DNA of 43,679 nucleotides from a virus (Duplodnaviria; Heunggongvirae; Uroviricota; Caudoviricetes), in the IMG/VR virus record IMGVR_UViG_2711768009_000009. One strand, 5' to 3'. Positions 35,093-43,540 of this stretch are shown piece after piece. Each line of letters begins with the position of its first letter. Position 1 is the first letter of the stretch. The notes below the pieces were generated by a model, which was not told the DNA's origin, searched no databases, and was given only the letters and a program-made list of their open reading frames with translations. The translations under genes and the position numbers were made by a program.

Positions 35093-35640
35093 GGCGTTAA
35101 CTCCCGTAATACAGCGTCCTCGGCAGTCCGGCGACGGTAATAAACTGCGTGAGCAGAATGTTCAGATATTCCAAACTTTTCGCCAATTTCCCGGAATGAC
35201 AGACGGCGTGGGTAATCGGAATCACGCAGCTCACGTATAAGACGTACATCATCATCAGATATGCGCGTGCCGGGGCGTAACTCTCCGCACTTTGTTAATC
35301 CAGCACCAATCATTCCTGCCCGACATCTGACAGAATCTTTATTACGTCCGAGATATTCTCCCATTTGCTGGCAGGTCATTGTTCTGGCATTTTTTCGAAT
35401 AAACTTATCTTCATCAGGTGTAAATCTTGGGTGTTTATATTTCAGTAACTCCGGGTATGAACTGCGCAATACACCAGTCCGGTTATATACAGCCCAGACA
35501 GTTCTTTTTATTCTGGCAGCAATATCCTTAACCGGGGTGGATGAATAAAGCGCAATCAGCAGCGCATCTTCTTCAGGTGTCCACGGACGGACATGAGCGG
35601 GGGCGCGACCTTTTAGTCCCATGGGTTGTAATTTCATCAT
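35089..35640 (-). CDS. Putative DNA-binding early protein (183 aa): two Myb/SANT-like repeats plus C-terminal Mor/C-like HTH
   Basis: ORF track; WTPEEDALLIALY...IAARIKRTVWAVYNR and FTPDEDKFIRKNARTMTCQQMGEYLGRNKDSVRCRA repeats; C-terminal LSFREIGEKFGISEHSAHAVYYRRR. Confidence 0.5.
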   Translation of the reverse strand: MMKLQPMGLKGRAPAHVRPWTPEEDALLIALYSSTPVKDIAARIKRTVWAVYNRTGVLRSSYPELLKYKHPRFTPDEDKFIRKNARTMTCQQMGEYLGRNKDSVRCRAGMIGAGLTKCGELRPGTRISDDDVRLIRELRDSDYPRRLSFREIGEKFGISEHSAHAVYYRRRTAEDAVLRELTP

Positions 35641-35643
35641 GCA

Positions 35644-36159
35644 TCACCCCCTGACTCGCTTTTCAGCAGCATAAAACTCATCAGACAGTATTTCGGTCAT
35701 TTTCTGTTTTGCGGGTTTTACGCCGCACTGAAGGTAAATCACATCGTCAACGCAGAACCACTTCACAGGGCCAAACAGGATTGCCGAGAAATCAATACCC
35801 AACCAGAACAACAGCGCATCGGTTCTGGCATACGTGACGGGCGAATATTCACGCCACAGACTGTTCAGTTCATCAGAGGCAACACGCAGGGTTTTAGGGA
35901 TACGTGATGTGCGCGGTGTGCAGCTCCAGCCATTCGACGCAGTCGGTTTTCGCCATAAGTCGCGATGAAAAGGATATTTGTCCTCCGTAAAACGCAGTCC
36001 CTTAAAGTAAAATCCACTGATACCGGATACAAATACCGACCGGCACGCAACATTCAGCACGGCCTCAAGGCGTTTTGCCTCATCCTTAACTTTCTGGCAG
36101 TCCTGCTGGTATTTTTGCCACGCAGCCAGCGCGGAAGGGTTTGATGTTTTAAAGAACAT
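35644..36159 (-). CDS. Hypothetical early protein (171 aa)
   Basis: ORF track; no recognisable motif. Confidence 0.5.
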   Translation of the reverse strand: MFFKTSNPSALAAWQKYQQDCQKVKDEAKRLEAVLNVACRSVFVSGISGFYFKGLRFTEDKYPFHRDLWRKPTASNGWSCTPRTSRIPKTLRVASDELNSLWREYSPVTYARTDALLFWLGIDFSAILFGPVKWFCVDDVIYLQCGVKPAKQKMTEILSDEFYAAEKRVRG

Positions 36160-36692
36160 TACGCCACCTCCGCAGATATCCCGGCAGGCGCTGCTGTCCG
36201 GTCAACAATCAGGTAGCGCAGAACATGTTCAGTGATATTCCAGCCGCTTAAACCGCAGATAATGACGCCCAGGCGTATGTCGATATACGCCATCACAAAC
36301 TGGGGCACGCCTTCTTTCATGGCCTGCTCATCAACTTCAGCCACCACATAAACGGTTTCACAGGTCAGAACGCCCTGAGCAAATTCCCACGCCATCGACG
36401 GAATATCATGCCCCTCAATCCATGGCAGGGATTTTCTGAAGCCGCACCACTGAACATCATCAGCCGCAGATTCCTGGCTGCATTTGCGACGAACCGGCTG
36501 CACCGGGCGGGGACGCGGAATATCATAAAAACCGTTACATTCCGTCAGCACGCCTGCATCAACCGCATCACGCAGAAAATAAACCATGGAGGATGGCGGC
36601 ATATTCATTTTTTCAGCCAGTACACCGCAGGTCAGGCGGCCATAAATACACAGCCAGTTTTTAACCCCTTCAAGCACTTTTGCATCAATCAT
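36159..36692 (-). CDS. Hypothetical early protein with N-terminal winged-helix-like region (177 aa); preceded by a 14-codon upstream ORF
   Basis: ORF track; GVLAEKMNMPPSSMVYFLRDAVDAGVL HTH-like segment. Confidence 0.5.
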   Translation of the reverse strand: MIDAKVLEGVKNWLCIYGRLTCGVLAEKMNMPPSSMVYFLRDAVDAGVLTECNGFYDIPRPRPVQPVRRKCSQESAADDVQWCGFRKSLPWIEGHDIPSMAWEFAQGVLTCETVYVVAEVDEQAMKEGVPQFVMAYIDIRLGVIICGLSGWNITEHVLRYLIVDRTAAPAGISAEVA

Positions 36693-36837
36693 GATTTATT
36701 TCCCCACCACATTATTAATGACGATATAAACGTATTTCATATTTCTTAACCCTTATTTTCTGTTTTCAGGCGCAAGCAGTCCCCTGACGCGAGCGCCATA
36801 ATTAAAATGAAGTGATATTTAATTGATTAATGCGGTG

Positions 36838-37368
36838 TTATTTATTCAGTCCGGCGTCCTGTTCAAAAGGCTCGACATAAAAACTTTCAGCGCCTTTATT
36901 CACCTTGATACCGGCAATGCCTTTCACAGCATCCGGCTCCGCCAGGACGGCTTCCTTGTTCACTTCCTCTTTCGTGCGGATGAAACGCTCAAGCCCCATA
37001 CGGCGCAGCATTTCAATCACACCTTCCACATCACGGCTGACGCTGCATGATGGCGTTCCCAGCCGCCATGACACCGTTCCGGTGGTCAGATTGGCTGTTT
37101 TGGTTTTGCCGCCGTTCGTCAGCTCATCACGGTTGGTTTTGCACCAGTCCTGAATCCCTTTAAAAAGCACTTTGATTTGCTTTTTAAGATTTTCAATCTG
37201 CGGCGTATAACGGGCGGTGATTTCTGCCACTTCGTCATTCATCGCCGTTTCCAGGCGCAGCGCCTCTCGCTGAATATCTCCCAGGGTGCGGATATCACGG
37301 CTGACTTCTTCCCGGGTCTGCGGTGCCGCCTCGGCTGCGGCCTTTAATTTTGTAACGCGTTTAGCCAT
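36838..37368 (-). CDS. gam: Gam-like host-nuclease inhibitor (Ku-like DNA-end binding protein), 176 aa
   Basis: ORF track; ...IRTLGDIQREALRLETAMNDEVAEITARY...CKTNRDELTNGGKTKTANLTTGTVSWR...RFIRTKEEVNKEA... fits the Mu Gam family as recalled. Confidence 0.85.
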   Translation of the reverse strand: MAKRVTKLKAAAEAAPQTREEVSRDIRTLGDIQREALRLETAMNDEVAEITARYTPQIENLKKQIKVLFKGIQDWCKTNRDELTNGGKTKTANLTTGTVSWRLGTPSCSVSRDVEGVIEMLRRMGLERFIRTKEEVNKEAVLAEPDAVKGIAGIKVNKGAESFYVEPFEQDAGLNK

Positions 37369-37379
37369 TTTGTTTTTCC

Positions 37380-37673
37380 TTATTGCAGTGTGCCTGATGC
37401 TTTATGCACGCGGTGGCGTTTAATGATGGCATCCGCTCCAAAAGACTGTGCAGATGCCTGAAATTCCGCTGAGAGAAACTGAATAATTGCAGGACTGTGA
37501 TACTGGAGAATACTTGCATAAACGTCACAGAGTGACGTCGGCCTGTTATCCGTATCACGTTCTGTTTTCACATCCACTCCAATCTTTTCATGCACTTCAA
37601 CACAGTCATTGCCTGCCAACTTTTCGTCATGCGAAACATGATTAAATTCAAAAATAACGCGTACTTTGCTCAT
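37380..37673 (-). CDS. Small early protein, paralog 2 of a tandem pair (97 aa from ATG MSKVRVIFEF)
   Basis: ORF track 37380..37700; N-terminus nearly identical to the upstream gene product. Confidence 0.5.
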   Translation of the reverse strand: MSKVRVIFEFNHVSHDEKLAGNDCVEVHEKIGVDVKTERDTDNRPTSLCDVYASILQYHSPAIIQFLSAEFQASAQSFGADAIIKRHRVHKASGTLQ

Positions 37674-37677
37674 GGAA

Positions 37678-37950
37678 TTACCCCTGTTGATTAAATTCAT
37701 TACCGTTAATAACCCCGGAAGCCATGCCTCTGTCTTTCATGAATGCACTGGCTTTCATTGCCACAAACTCTGCGAAGTTTCTGCTTTCTGCCAGCATAAC
37801 CACCCCAAAAATCATGGCGGGTCCATTATCTTTCTTCTTTATTCCGGTTGAACGTATATCCAGACTTACCCCTCTGTGCGTGCTGCCATCAGAGTTTTTG
37901 CAGATAACATCTTCCTTGTATTCGAAAATAATGCGTACGACTTTACTCAT
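37678..37950 (-). CDS. Small early protein, paralog 1 of a tandem pair (90 aa, MSKVVRIIFEY...)
   Basis: ORF track. Confidence 0.5.
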   Translation of the reverse strand: MSKVVRIIFEYKEDVICKNSDGSTHRGVSLDIRSTGIKKKDNGPAMIFGVVMLAESRNFAEFVAMKASAFMKDRGMASGVINGNEFNQQG

Positions 37951-38228
37951 CCTCTGGTCCTCGTTCTGTTTGGATAACTGACCCGGCGTCTAACCTCACG
38001 GCAGAACCGAATCATGGCATTAAAGGCTTCTTCCTCCGTCACCGCTTCCGGTATCCCCGGAACCAGTAACTGCTCCTGTTCATCACGTCCATGACGCGCC
38101 ATAACCTCAATCACATGCCGTACCGTGGCAGGCTTTCCGGCAACTATCGGCAATGCACCTTCCGGCAGGACGTAACCAAACTCAATAAGACCACTCGACC
38201 ACGCCCATGCAATGAGATTTTTTTTCAC
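37947..38228 (-). CDS. Hypothetical early protein (93 aa)
   Basis: ORF track. Confidence 0.45.
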   Translation of the reverse strand: MKKNLIAWAWSSGLIEFGYVLPEGALPIVAGKPATVRHVIEVMARHGRDEQEQLLVPGIPEAVTEEEAFNAMIRFCREVRRRVSYPNRTRTRG

Positions 38229-38229
38229 C

Positions 38230-38496
38230 TCACACCTCCCAGTAAACCGTGCAGCCGCTGATGCGGGTGGCCTTCACACGGCGGCGCAGGCCGTTGGTCT
38301 GTATGGTGATTTCAATTTCACCGGTTCCCTGCACGTTGCCTACCGGCGGCGTGGTTTTCAGTGCAAAACGTTGCGGATAGCGCTTACTGCGTTCCAGTAC
38401 CGCACCGGCAAGTTCGGTCAGACGGCGCGCGCTGTTCAGGGAGTCGAATAAATTCATTTTGTTACCGCAGGATTGCATATTCATATAACACCTCAT
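38230..38496 (-). CDS. Hypothetical early protein (88 aa; start uncertain)
   Basis: ORF track. Confidence 0.4.
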   Translation of the reverse strand: MRCYMNMQSCGNKMNLFDSLNSARRLTELAGAVLERSKRYPQRFALKTTPPVGNVQGTGEIEITIQTNGLRRRVKATRISGCTVYWEV

Positions 38497-38724
38497 TTAG
38501 CTGACTTGTTTCGCACCAACAGAACGGCATATTCCGCTGTAAACTTCTGTCGCACCTTCGCGATCAAGTCCGGCAGATATCACCATTCGTGTGCGGTCAT
38601 TAAATTCAAAAAGTAAATCGCCACATTCTTTATTTTCGGCCAGTGAAATCACCTTCACGTTATCGAAATTAACCAGGTAAAAGCGTCCGTAAATATCAGG
38701 AATATTAAATACCGCCATAATCAC
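38497..38724 (-). CDS. Small early protein directly after B (75 aa); possibly Kil-like by position and size
   Basis: ORF track; overlaps the B stop by 4 nt; Mu kil occupies this position. Confidence 0.4.
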   Translation of the reverse strand: MIMAVFNIPDIYGRFYLVNFDNVKVISLAENKECGDLLFEFNDRTRMVISAGLDREGATEVYSGICRSVGAKQVS

Positions 38725-39662
38725 ACCTGTGAGAGTAATTCAGGGTTGGTATAAACCTCTTTAAAGGCCGCATTAATATGTTTTTCTGTCAGCGCCGCGC
38801 CTTCACCGCTGGCGGTGAGCCACGCCTGGTTAAGCGTATGTGTCAGAACGCGTAACGCTCCCGGCTTTTCAGCGATAGCCTGCATGACGGCCAGCTCGGC
38901 CTCACCACTGATCCCCCACGCCATGGCAATGGCCAGCACATCCGCCTTTTTGGCCTTGCGAAGTTGTTTTGTACGGGCAAGACGGCTGAACAGGCGCGAT
39001 AAATCATCAAAGGCGCGGCGTCCACCTTTAAACAATCCGCGCGGGTTACCAATAAGCACCATCCCGATCCCCGTGGCGTCCTGAATTGCCCGGAGTTGCT
39101 CCAGACCGTCAATACCAAGATGATCCGCCTCATCCACAATCACCAGTCCACGCGTTCCCATCAGGCGACGGCGGATGGCGCGGGATAATGCCCCTTTGTT
39201 CGCGCGGGTGTAATCAATCCCCAGCGCATCGGCCAGCTCCAGCAGACACTCCGTGACGCTGGAGTGCGCGGGTGACAGGGTGATCATCCAGGTGTTTGGT
39301 TGCTCCTGGCAGTAATTACGGGCAGTGGCCGTTTTACCCACACCCGGTACGCCCACAATAACGTTAATACAGCCCATCAGGCGAACCGCCTGAAACAGTG
39401 CGCGCAGCTCCTGGACTGTCTGAGTTTCCACAAACTGCGGCGGTTCCGGCAGTGCGCTTTGTTTATTCCAGTTCTCATACCAGGAGCGCAGGGAAGCAGC
39501 CACAGCAGCGTTATCGCCTTTATATTTTCCCTTACGGAAAGCCGATAATGTGCCGTCGGAAATTCCCGCCTCTCTGGCGATGGCATACTGCGTCAGTACG
39601 CCGCCATCAATAAGTTCATCAATGGTCTTGATTACATCGTTAATATCGGTCATATTATTCAC
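38721..39662 (-). CDS. Mu B-like transposition ATPase (AAA+), 313 aa, GTG start
   Basis: ORF track; Walker A VGVPGVGKTAT; N-terminal HTH-like region; follows transposase A. Confidence 0.9.
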   Translation of the reverse strand: MNNMTDINDVIKTIDELIDGGVLTQYAIAREAGISDGTLSAFRKGKYKGDNAAVAASLRSWYENWNKQSALPEPPQFVETQTVQELRALFQAVRLMGCINVIVGVPGVGKTATARNYCQEQPNTWMITLSPAHSSVTECLLELADALGIDYTRANKGALSRAIRRRLMGTRGLVIVDEADHLGIDGLEQLRAIQDATGIGMVLIGNPRGLFKGGRRAFDDLSRLFSRLARTKQLRKAKKADVLAIAMAWGISGEAELAVMQAIAEKPGALRVLTHTLNQAWLTASGEGAALTEKHINAAFKEVYTNPELLSQV

Positions 39663-39698
39663 CTCGCTTGAGACAGCATTCTCCGAGACTGAAACCTC

Positions 39699-39728
39699 AA
39701 ATAACCTGAGTCACCCCTCGGGTTATTT
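39699..39728. other. Stable stem-loop in the A-B intergenic region (12-bp stem with one mismatch, 6-nt loop), T-run on the plus side
   Basis: AAATAACCTGAG-TCACCC-CTCGGGTTATTT followed by TTTTATTT on the plus strand, immediately after the A stop. Confidence 0.45.
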
Positions 39729-39735
39729 TTTTATT

Positions 39736-41823
39736 TCAGGCCAGCGGATCACTTTCTTTTAATTTCGCTTCGAGCAGTTGCAATCCCCGCTGGAAATTAC
39801 GCTCGTATTCTTCATCAGGTTCATCGTCAGCGACCGGTTGCTGAACGGTCACCGTATTACCCACAGGGCGGTATATGTTTTCCAGCCAGGGCTCCTGCGG
39901 CTTGTGCTCCAGCACGTTGACAACCTCATCCTCGGCATCACGGATTTTTTCCTCTGCGCGTTTACGCATGCCTTTAAGGCGCTGCTGCTGTTTGTAGTAT
40001 TCCGCGCTGACAGGGAAGGCTTCGCGTTTATTGCCGTCCCATACCGCCTCGCAAATCACGCTGCCATCCGGGCGGCGCACGGTAATTCGTTCGGCATCAT
40101 GAATGTCATAGCTGATAAGTACCTTACGGCCATGCTCGTCACGCAGCTCGGGCGCGTAGTAAATATTATTCAGCCAGCGTATTTCACAGCGTCTTACAGG
40201 GCGCTCCACCATCGGCCGGAACATATCCCGCAGTTCAACATCGGACAGCCATTCAATTTCCGTGTCCTCTTCCGCCAGGCGTTTTTTTCTGAACTCCGCC
40301 GGGCTGTAATGTTTACCGTTCGGCTTCATGGGTAATTCATCGTGCGGCCGGTTGTTGTACCACTCAACACCGTCACGAATGGCATCAATCAGTTCAGACC
40401 AGGACGGTAAATCACGCATCGCTGACTGCTGCCGGGCGTTCAGCCGTTTGCCCTGTTGCAGGGCACTGAATGCCGAGCGTAAATCGCGGTTGGTTTTACG
40501 TAACGTCTCGCGATCTGCTCCTTTCCCGAAATAGGTGCGGTATTTACGGGCTATGCGCATCGGTAATGTGCGGTTAAGCCGTTCGATAATGCCCCGTCCC
40601 TGCGGATTACCGGCAATCCCTGTCGGGTGATTAATCCCCAGTCGTGGCAGTATCCCCACAATCTCCTTATCCAGGACGTCGGCGGTTTCCCCGGAGCCAT
40701 TATCCGAGTAATACAGAAACGGTTTGCCATGATGGCGAATACCGTGCTGTATGGCACCGGCTACGGCGAAAACATTTTCAGCCAGGTCAAGGCTCCAGCC
40801 CACCACAAAGCGCGTGCCACCGTCGATAACAAAGGTCACTTCCGGTGCGAATGGCCGCCCGTGAACCGGGTGCGCGCATTTCAGCTTCATGCCGTGACCG
40901 TCACCAATCCAGACATAATTCACCGGCATTCTGGACCAGTCGCGGCGCGTGAATCCCTCAAGCTGACGGTATTCACTGCCAGTTACCCGGCCTTTTTGTT
41001 TCACCACTTCCGGCAGTTTCTTCATTGCGCGGCGAATGGTGTCATAAGAGGGCATGATATCGAGCATATAAGGCTCATCAGCGTGCCGGTGCTGCCATTC
41101 AGCAACAAAATCCTCGTAAGCCTCGGTCATTGGTCGGCCGTTTGACTGGCGATACTGCGCCAGAAATTCGGGCAGCCAGTTAATATCTTCGGCTTTTATT
41201 TCCTGGCGTTTACCCGGTGCCAGTAAAAGCAGGCGTTCAGCGGCGTTCTGTGCCTTGTTAAAGGCCGCAATCCAGCGTTTCAGCGTGATTTCACTCAACG
41301 CGCGGCTGTTTCCCTTTTTGGCGTTCGCCGTCTCAACCATTGCCACAATGCGCTCGTCCAGTTGTGATCGTGCCAGGCTGTTAACGAGGAACCGGATAGC
41401 TTTAGCGCAGCTGAAACCGGGTTGTTGCGTGAATTTCAGCACCTCACTGACGATCGCAATGCGTGCGTCTGCCACCTGGCGCTGGTTTTCAGTCAGGGCA
41501 TTGAGGCGTTCGACCATCAGTTGTGGTGATCCGCGATATGCCTCCACCGCATCAACCACGGCAGACGAGCGTCTGGCCTTTGTCACCACCGGAGCCGGTG
41601 ATTCATCGGCTTTTTGCGTCATCAGTTGCAGGGCATAACGTTCGCGTAATGCCTGCTGTGTCACTTCAGGTAAACAGTCAATGCTGTATTCAAAACCTTT
41701 AGCGCCTTTCTTGCGGCGTCTGCTGGTTTCGCTGGTTGCATACTTCCTGATTGAATAGCGAACGCCTTGCTCCGTTCCCGGCATCCCCGGTAATCCAACC
41801 AGTTCTTTAACTGAAGCAAACAT
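39736..41823 (-). CDS. Mu A-like DDE transposase (695 aa)
   Basis: ORF track; size, position after ner, DDE-core-like region ...YVWIGDGHGMK... Confidence 0.9.
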   Translation of the reverse strand: MFASVKELVGLPGMPGTEQGVRYSIRKYATSETSRRRKKGAKGFEYSIDCLPEVTQQALRERYALQLMTQKADESPAPVVTKARRSSAVVDAVEAYRGSPQLMVERLNALTENQRQVADARIAIVSEVLKFTQQPGFSCAKAIRFLVNSLARSQLDERIVAMVETANAKKGNSRALSEITLKRWIAAFNKAQNAAERLLLLAPGKRQEIKAEDINWLPEFLAQYRQSNGRPMTEAYEDFVAEWQHRHADEPYMLDIMPSYDTIRRAMKKLPEVVKQKGRVTGSEYRQLEGFTRRDWSRMPVNYVWIGDGHGMKLKCAHPVHGRPFAPEVTFVIDGGTRFVVGWSLDLAENVFAVAGAIQHGIRHHGKPFLYYSDNGSGETADVLDKEIVGILPRLGINHPTGIAGNPQGRGIIERLNRTLPMRIARKYRTYFGKGADRETLRKTNRDLRSAFSALQQGKRLNARQQSAMRDLPSWSELIDAIRDGVEWYNNRPHDELPMKPNGKHYSPAEFRKKRLAEEDTEIEWLSDVELRDMFRPMVERPVRRCEIRWLNNIYYAPELRDEHGRKVLISYDIHDAERITVRRPDGSVICEAVWDGNKREAFPVSAEYYKQQQRLKGMRKRAEEKIRDAEDEVVNVLEHKPQEPWLENIYRPVGNTVTVQQPVADDEPDEEYERNFQRGLQLLEAKLKESDPLA

Positions 41824-41825
41824 AA

Positions 41826-42056
41826 TTACGCGACCTTACGAATGTAGCGGCTGGGCCAAATCTCCTCGGGCGGCACCCCCAGGCATTCCGCGATAATCCC
41901 CTCATACTTGGGAACATGGCGGTATACCGCGTTGTACAGATTGTTCTGACCCACGCCAGCTTTACGGGCCAGCGCCCTCATGCTTCCTTCTCTGGCTCTG
42001 ACTTCCCCCAAAATTCTTTGAGGATGCCAATCAGGCTTAACTTCATTTCTCGCCAT
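41826..42056 (-). CDS. ner: Ner-like DNA-binding regulator (76 aa)
   Basis: ORF track; WHP...SMRALARKAG...NNLYNAV...PKYEGIIAECLGVPPEEIWPSRY matches the Ner/Nlp family pattern. Confidence 0.85.
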   Translation of the reverse strand: MARNEVKPDWHPQRILGEVRAREGSMRALARKAGVGQNNLYNAVYRHVPKYEGIIAECLGVPPEEIWPSRYIRKVA

Positions 42057-42086
42057 GATTCATCTATCCTAAAAAGTTACGAAATT

Positions 42087-42187
42087 TGATAACTAAACTT
42101 AGTTATCAAGTTTGATATAAGTATTGATCCACTTCTGCTTCATGTAAAGCAAAAAAAACATCTTTCTTTTGTCTATTGTGGATCAAT
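42087..42187. promoter_or_regulatory. c-ner operator/promoter region: palindrome TGATAACT-N6-AGTTATCA (42087-42108) and 10-bp inverted repeat ATTGATCCAC/GTGGATCAAT (42123-42132 and 42178-42187) flanking an A-tract
   Basis: Divergent c and ner genes flank this 185-bp region; symmetric sites visible; two GATC sites inside the long inverted repeat. Confidence 0.5.
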
Positions 42188-42241
42188 GGTTGCTGACAAC
42201 ACTAAAAGTTAATAATTTCAAATTGATAGGAAGAAAAGAAA

Positions 42242-42787
42242 ATGAACAAGCAAACAACAACATCTCTTTCTTTTCCTGGTGGTAGAAAAGAAAGCATTGC
42301 TGAGCGTCTGAAAAGGCTGATTGGCTCCCGCAGCGTCAGAGCTGCAGCAAGAGATTGGGGGCTTTCATTTTCAACACTAAACAATTATCTGTCTCGTGGC
42401 ACTGAGCCATCCTTAAGTGTCGCCCTTCAGATTGCGTCTATCGAAGGAGTAAGTGTTGAGTGGCTATGTGGATTCAGTGATGCATCACAAGTGAATCGGT
42501 GTGAGATCAAGGAAAATCAAGATGAAAGCAAGAAGATAATTATGACGATTATCAGCGCACTTGATGAAAAAGACTTAGAGCAGCTATCGAAAAATTTGGT
42601 TCTGAATGGAGCCAAGTACTTAGCTCGGTTGTTAGAGCCTGAAAATCAAGATCTAATCCGCTTAGAAGGAAGGAAAAGAATAGCTGCATTACAGCTTGAA
42701 GGTATGTCTGACGAACGCGTCAGAGAGATTTTGGAAGAAACTGAGAGAAGTCGCAAATCTAACGCGGTAGAACCAAAAGCGGGTTAA
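42242..42787 (+). CDS. Mu c-like lysogeny repressor (181 aa)
   Basis: ORF track; divergent from ner, adjacent to the left end; N-terminal DNA-binding region ...AERLKRLIGSRSVRAAARDWGLSFSTLNNYLSRG... Confidence 0.75.
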   Translation: MNKQTTTSLSFPGGRKESIAERLKRLIGSRSVRAAARDWGLSFSTLNNYLSRGTEPSLSVALQIASIEGVSVEWLCGFSDASQVNRCEIKENQDESKKIIMTIISALDEKDLEQLSKNLVLNGAKYLARLLEPENQDLIRLEGRKRIAALQLEGMSDERVREILEETERSRKSNAVEPKAG

Positions 42788-42861
42788 TAGCATTAGCCCG
42801 CATTTTGCACTATATCGAGTATTTCGCATTGTTTGGAACGCCTTAAAAGACTAAAACCACA

Positions 42862-43016
42862 GTATCAAATGAGTTGCCGATTTTATAATAAATGACTAAT
42901 TATTGCACAATCGGTATCAAATAGACCTTATCCGCACATCTAGCCATCACCTGTTTTATTTCAGTATCTTACAGGTGATTTCACCTCCTTTCACTAAACC
43001 CCTTGTCGGTATCAAA
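42862..43016. repeat. Left-end (attL-like) set of three spaced TTTGATAC(CG) repeats (reverse complement on the plus strand), putative transposase binding sites L1-L3
   Basis: GTATCAAA at 42862-42869, CGGTATCAAA at 42912-42921 and 43007-43016; wider spacing than at the right end, as for Mu attL versus attR. Confidence 0.6.
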
Positions 43017-43020
43017 TGAT

Positions 43021-43344
43021 TCACCTGGTTATATGTCGCCAGTCGATACCTTCCAGCAGCATCGCCAGCTGCGCCTGTGTAAGGAACACTTTGCCATCAC
43101 GGGCTGACGGCCAGGCGAAGCGCCCACGCTCCAGCCGTTTGGTCAGGAGGCACAGTCCGTCACTGGTGGACCACAGCAGTTTAACCTGACTGCCGCTGCG
43201 GCCCCGGAAAATGAAAACATGGCCGGACATGGGATCGTCTTTCAGCGCCGTCTGTACTTTCGCAGCCAGGCCGTTGAAGCCATTTCTCATATCGGTGATA
43301 CCGGCAACCAGCCAAATTTTGATCCCGGAAGGTAACGGGATCAT
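43021..43344 (-). CDS. tnpB: IS66-family TnpB (orf2), 107 aa, C-terminus probably altered by the prophage junction
   Basis: ORF track; MIPLPSGIKIWLVAGITDMRNGFNGLAAKVQ...HVFIFRGRSGSQVKLLW...GLCLLTKRLERGRF is a canonical IS66 Orf2 sequence. Confidence 0.85.
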   Translation of the reverse strand: MIPLPSGIKIWLVAGITDMRNGFNGLAAKVQTALKDDPMSGHVFIFRGRSGSQVKLLWSTSDGLCLLTKRLERGRFAWPSARDGKVFLTQAQLAMLLEGIDWRHITR

Positions 43345-43540
43345 CGCTTCAGTTCCTGTATCAGCAGAGTCAGGAGCTTTTCGCTGACATTGCCATTGAA
43401 GCGGAGCGTCCCGTGCCGGAACGTTACCTCACAGCTGATACTGAGGGTTTTCGGGTCCTCTGCGAGCGATTCTGGCTGTTCGGCAGCTGCATCGAGAGTC
43501 ACAGGAAGTAGCTGGGGGCTCTCTGAAGAAGGTAATAGCT
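43024..43540 (-). mobile_element. IS66-family element remnant (tnpA 3' part plus tnpB); 5' end replaced by the IS3-family end, 3' side interrupted by the Mu-like prophage
   Basis: Same element and orientation as the tnpC fragment at 3765-4265. Confidence 0.6.
43341..43540 (-). CDS. tnpA: IS66-family TnpA (orf1), C-terminal part only
   Basis: ORF track 43341..43571; the first ~10 codons of the listed ORF lie in the IS3-family terminal repeat. Confidence 0.55.

Larger units (their letters stand above)
4346..43023 (-). mobile_element. Mu-like transposable prophage, ~38.7 kb, complete gene set, reverse orientation; right boundary uncertain within about 4283-4367
   Basis: Mu gene order on the minus strand from ner/A/B (41.8-38.7 kb) to gin and com/mom (9.4-4.5 kb); three TTTGATACCG-type repeats inside each end; left end abuts the IS66 tnpB stop codon. 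Confidence 0.85.
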
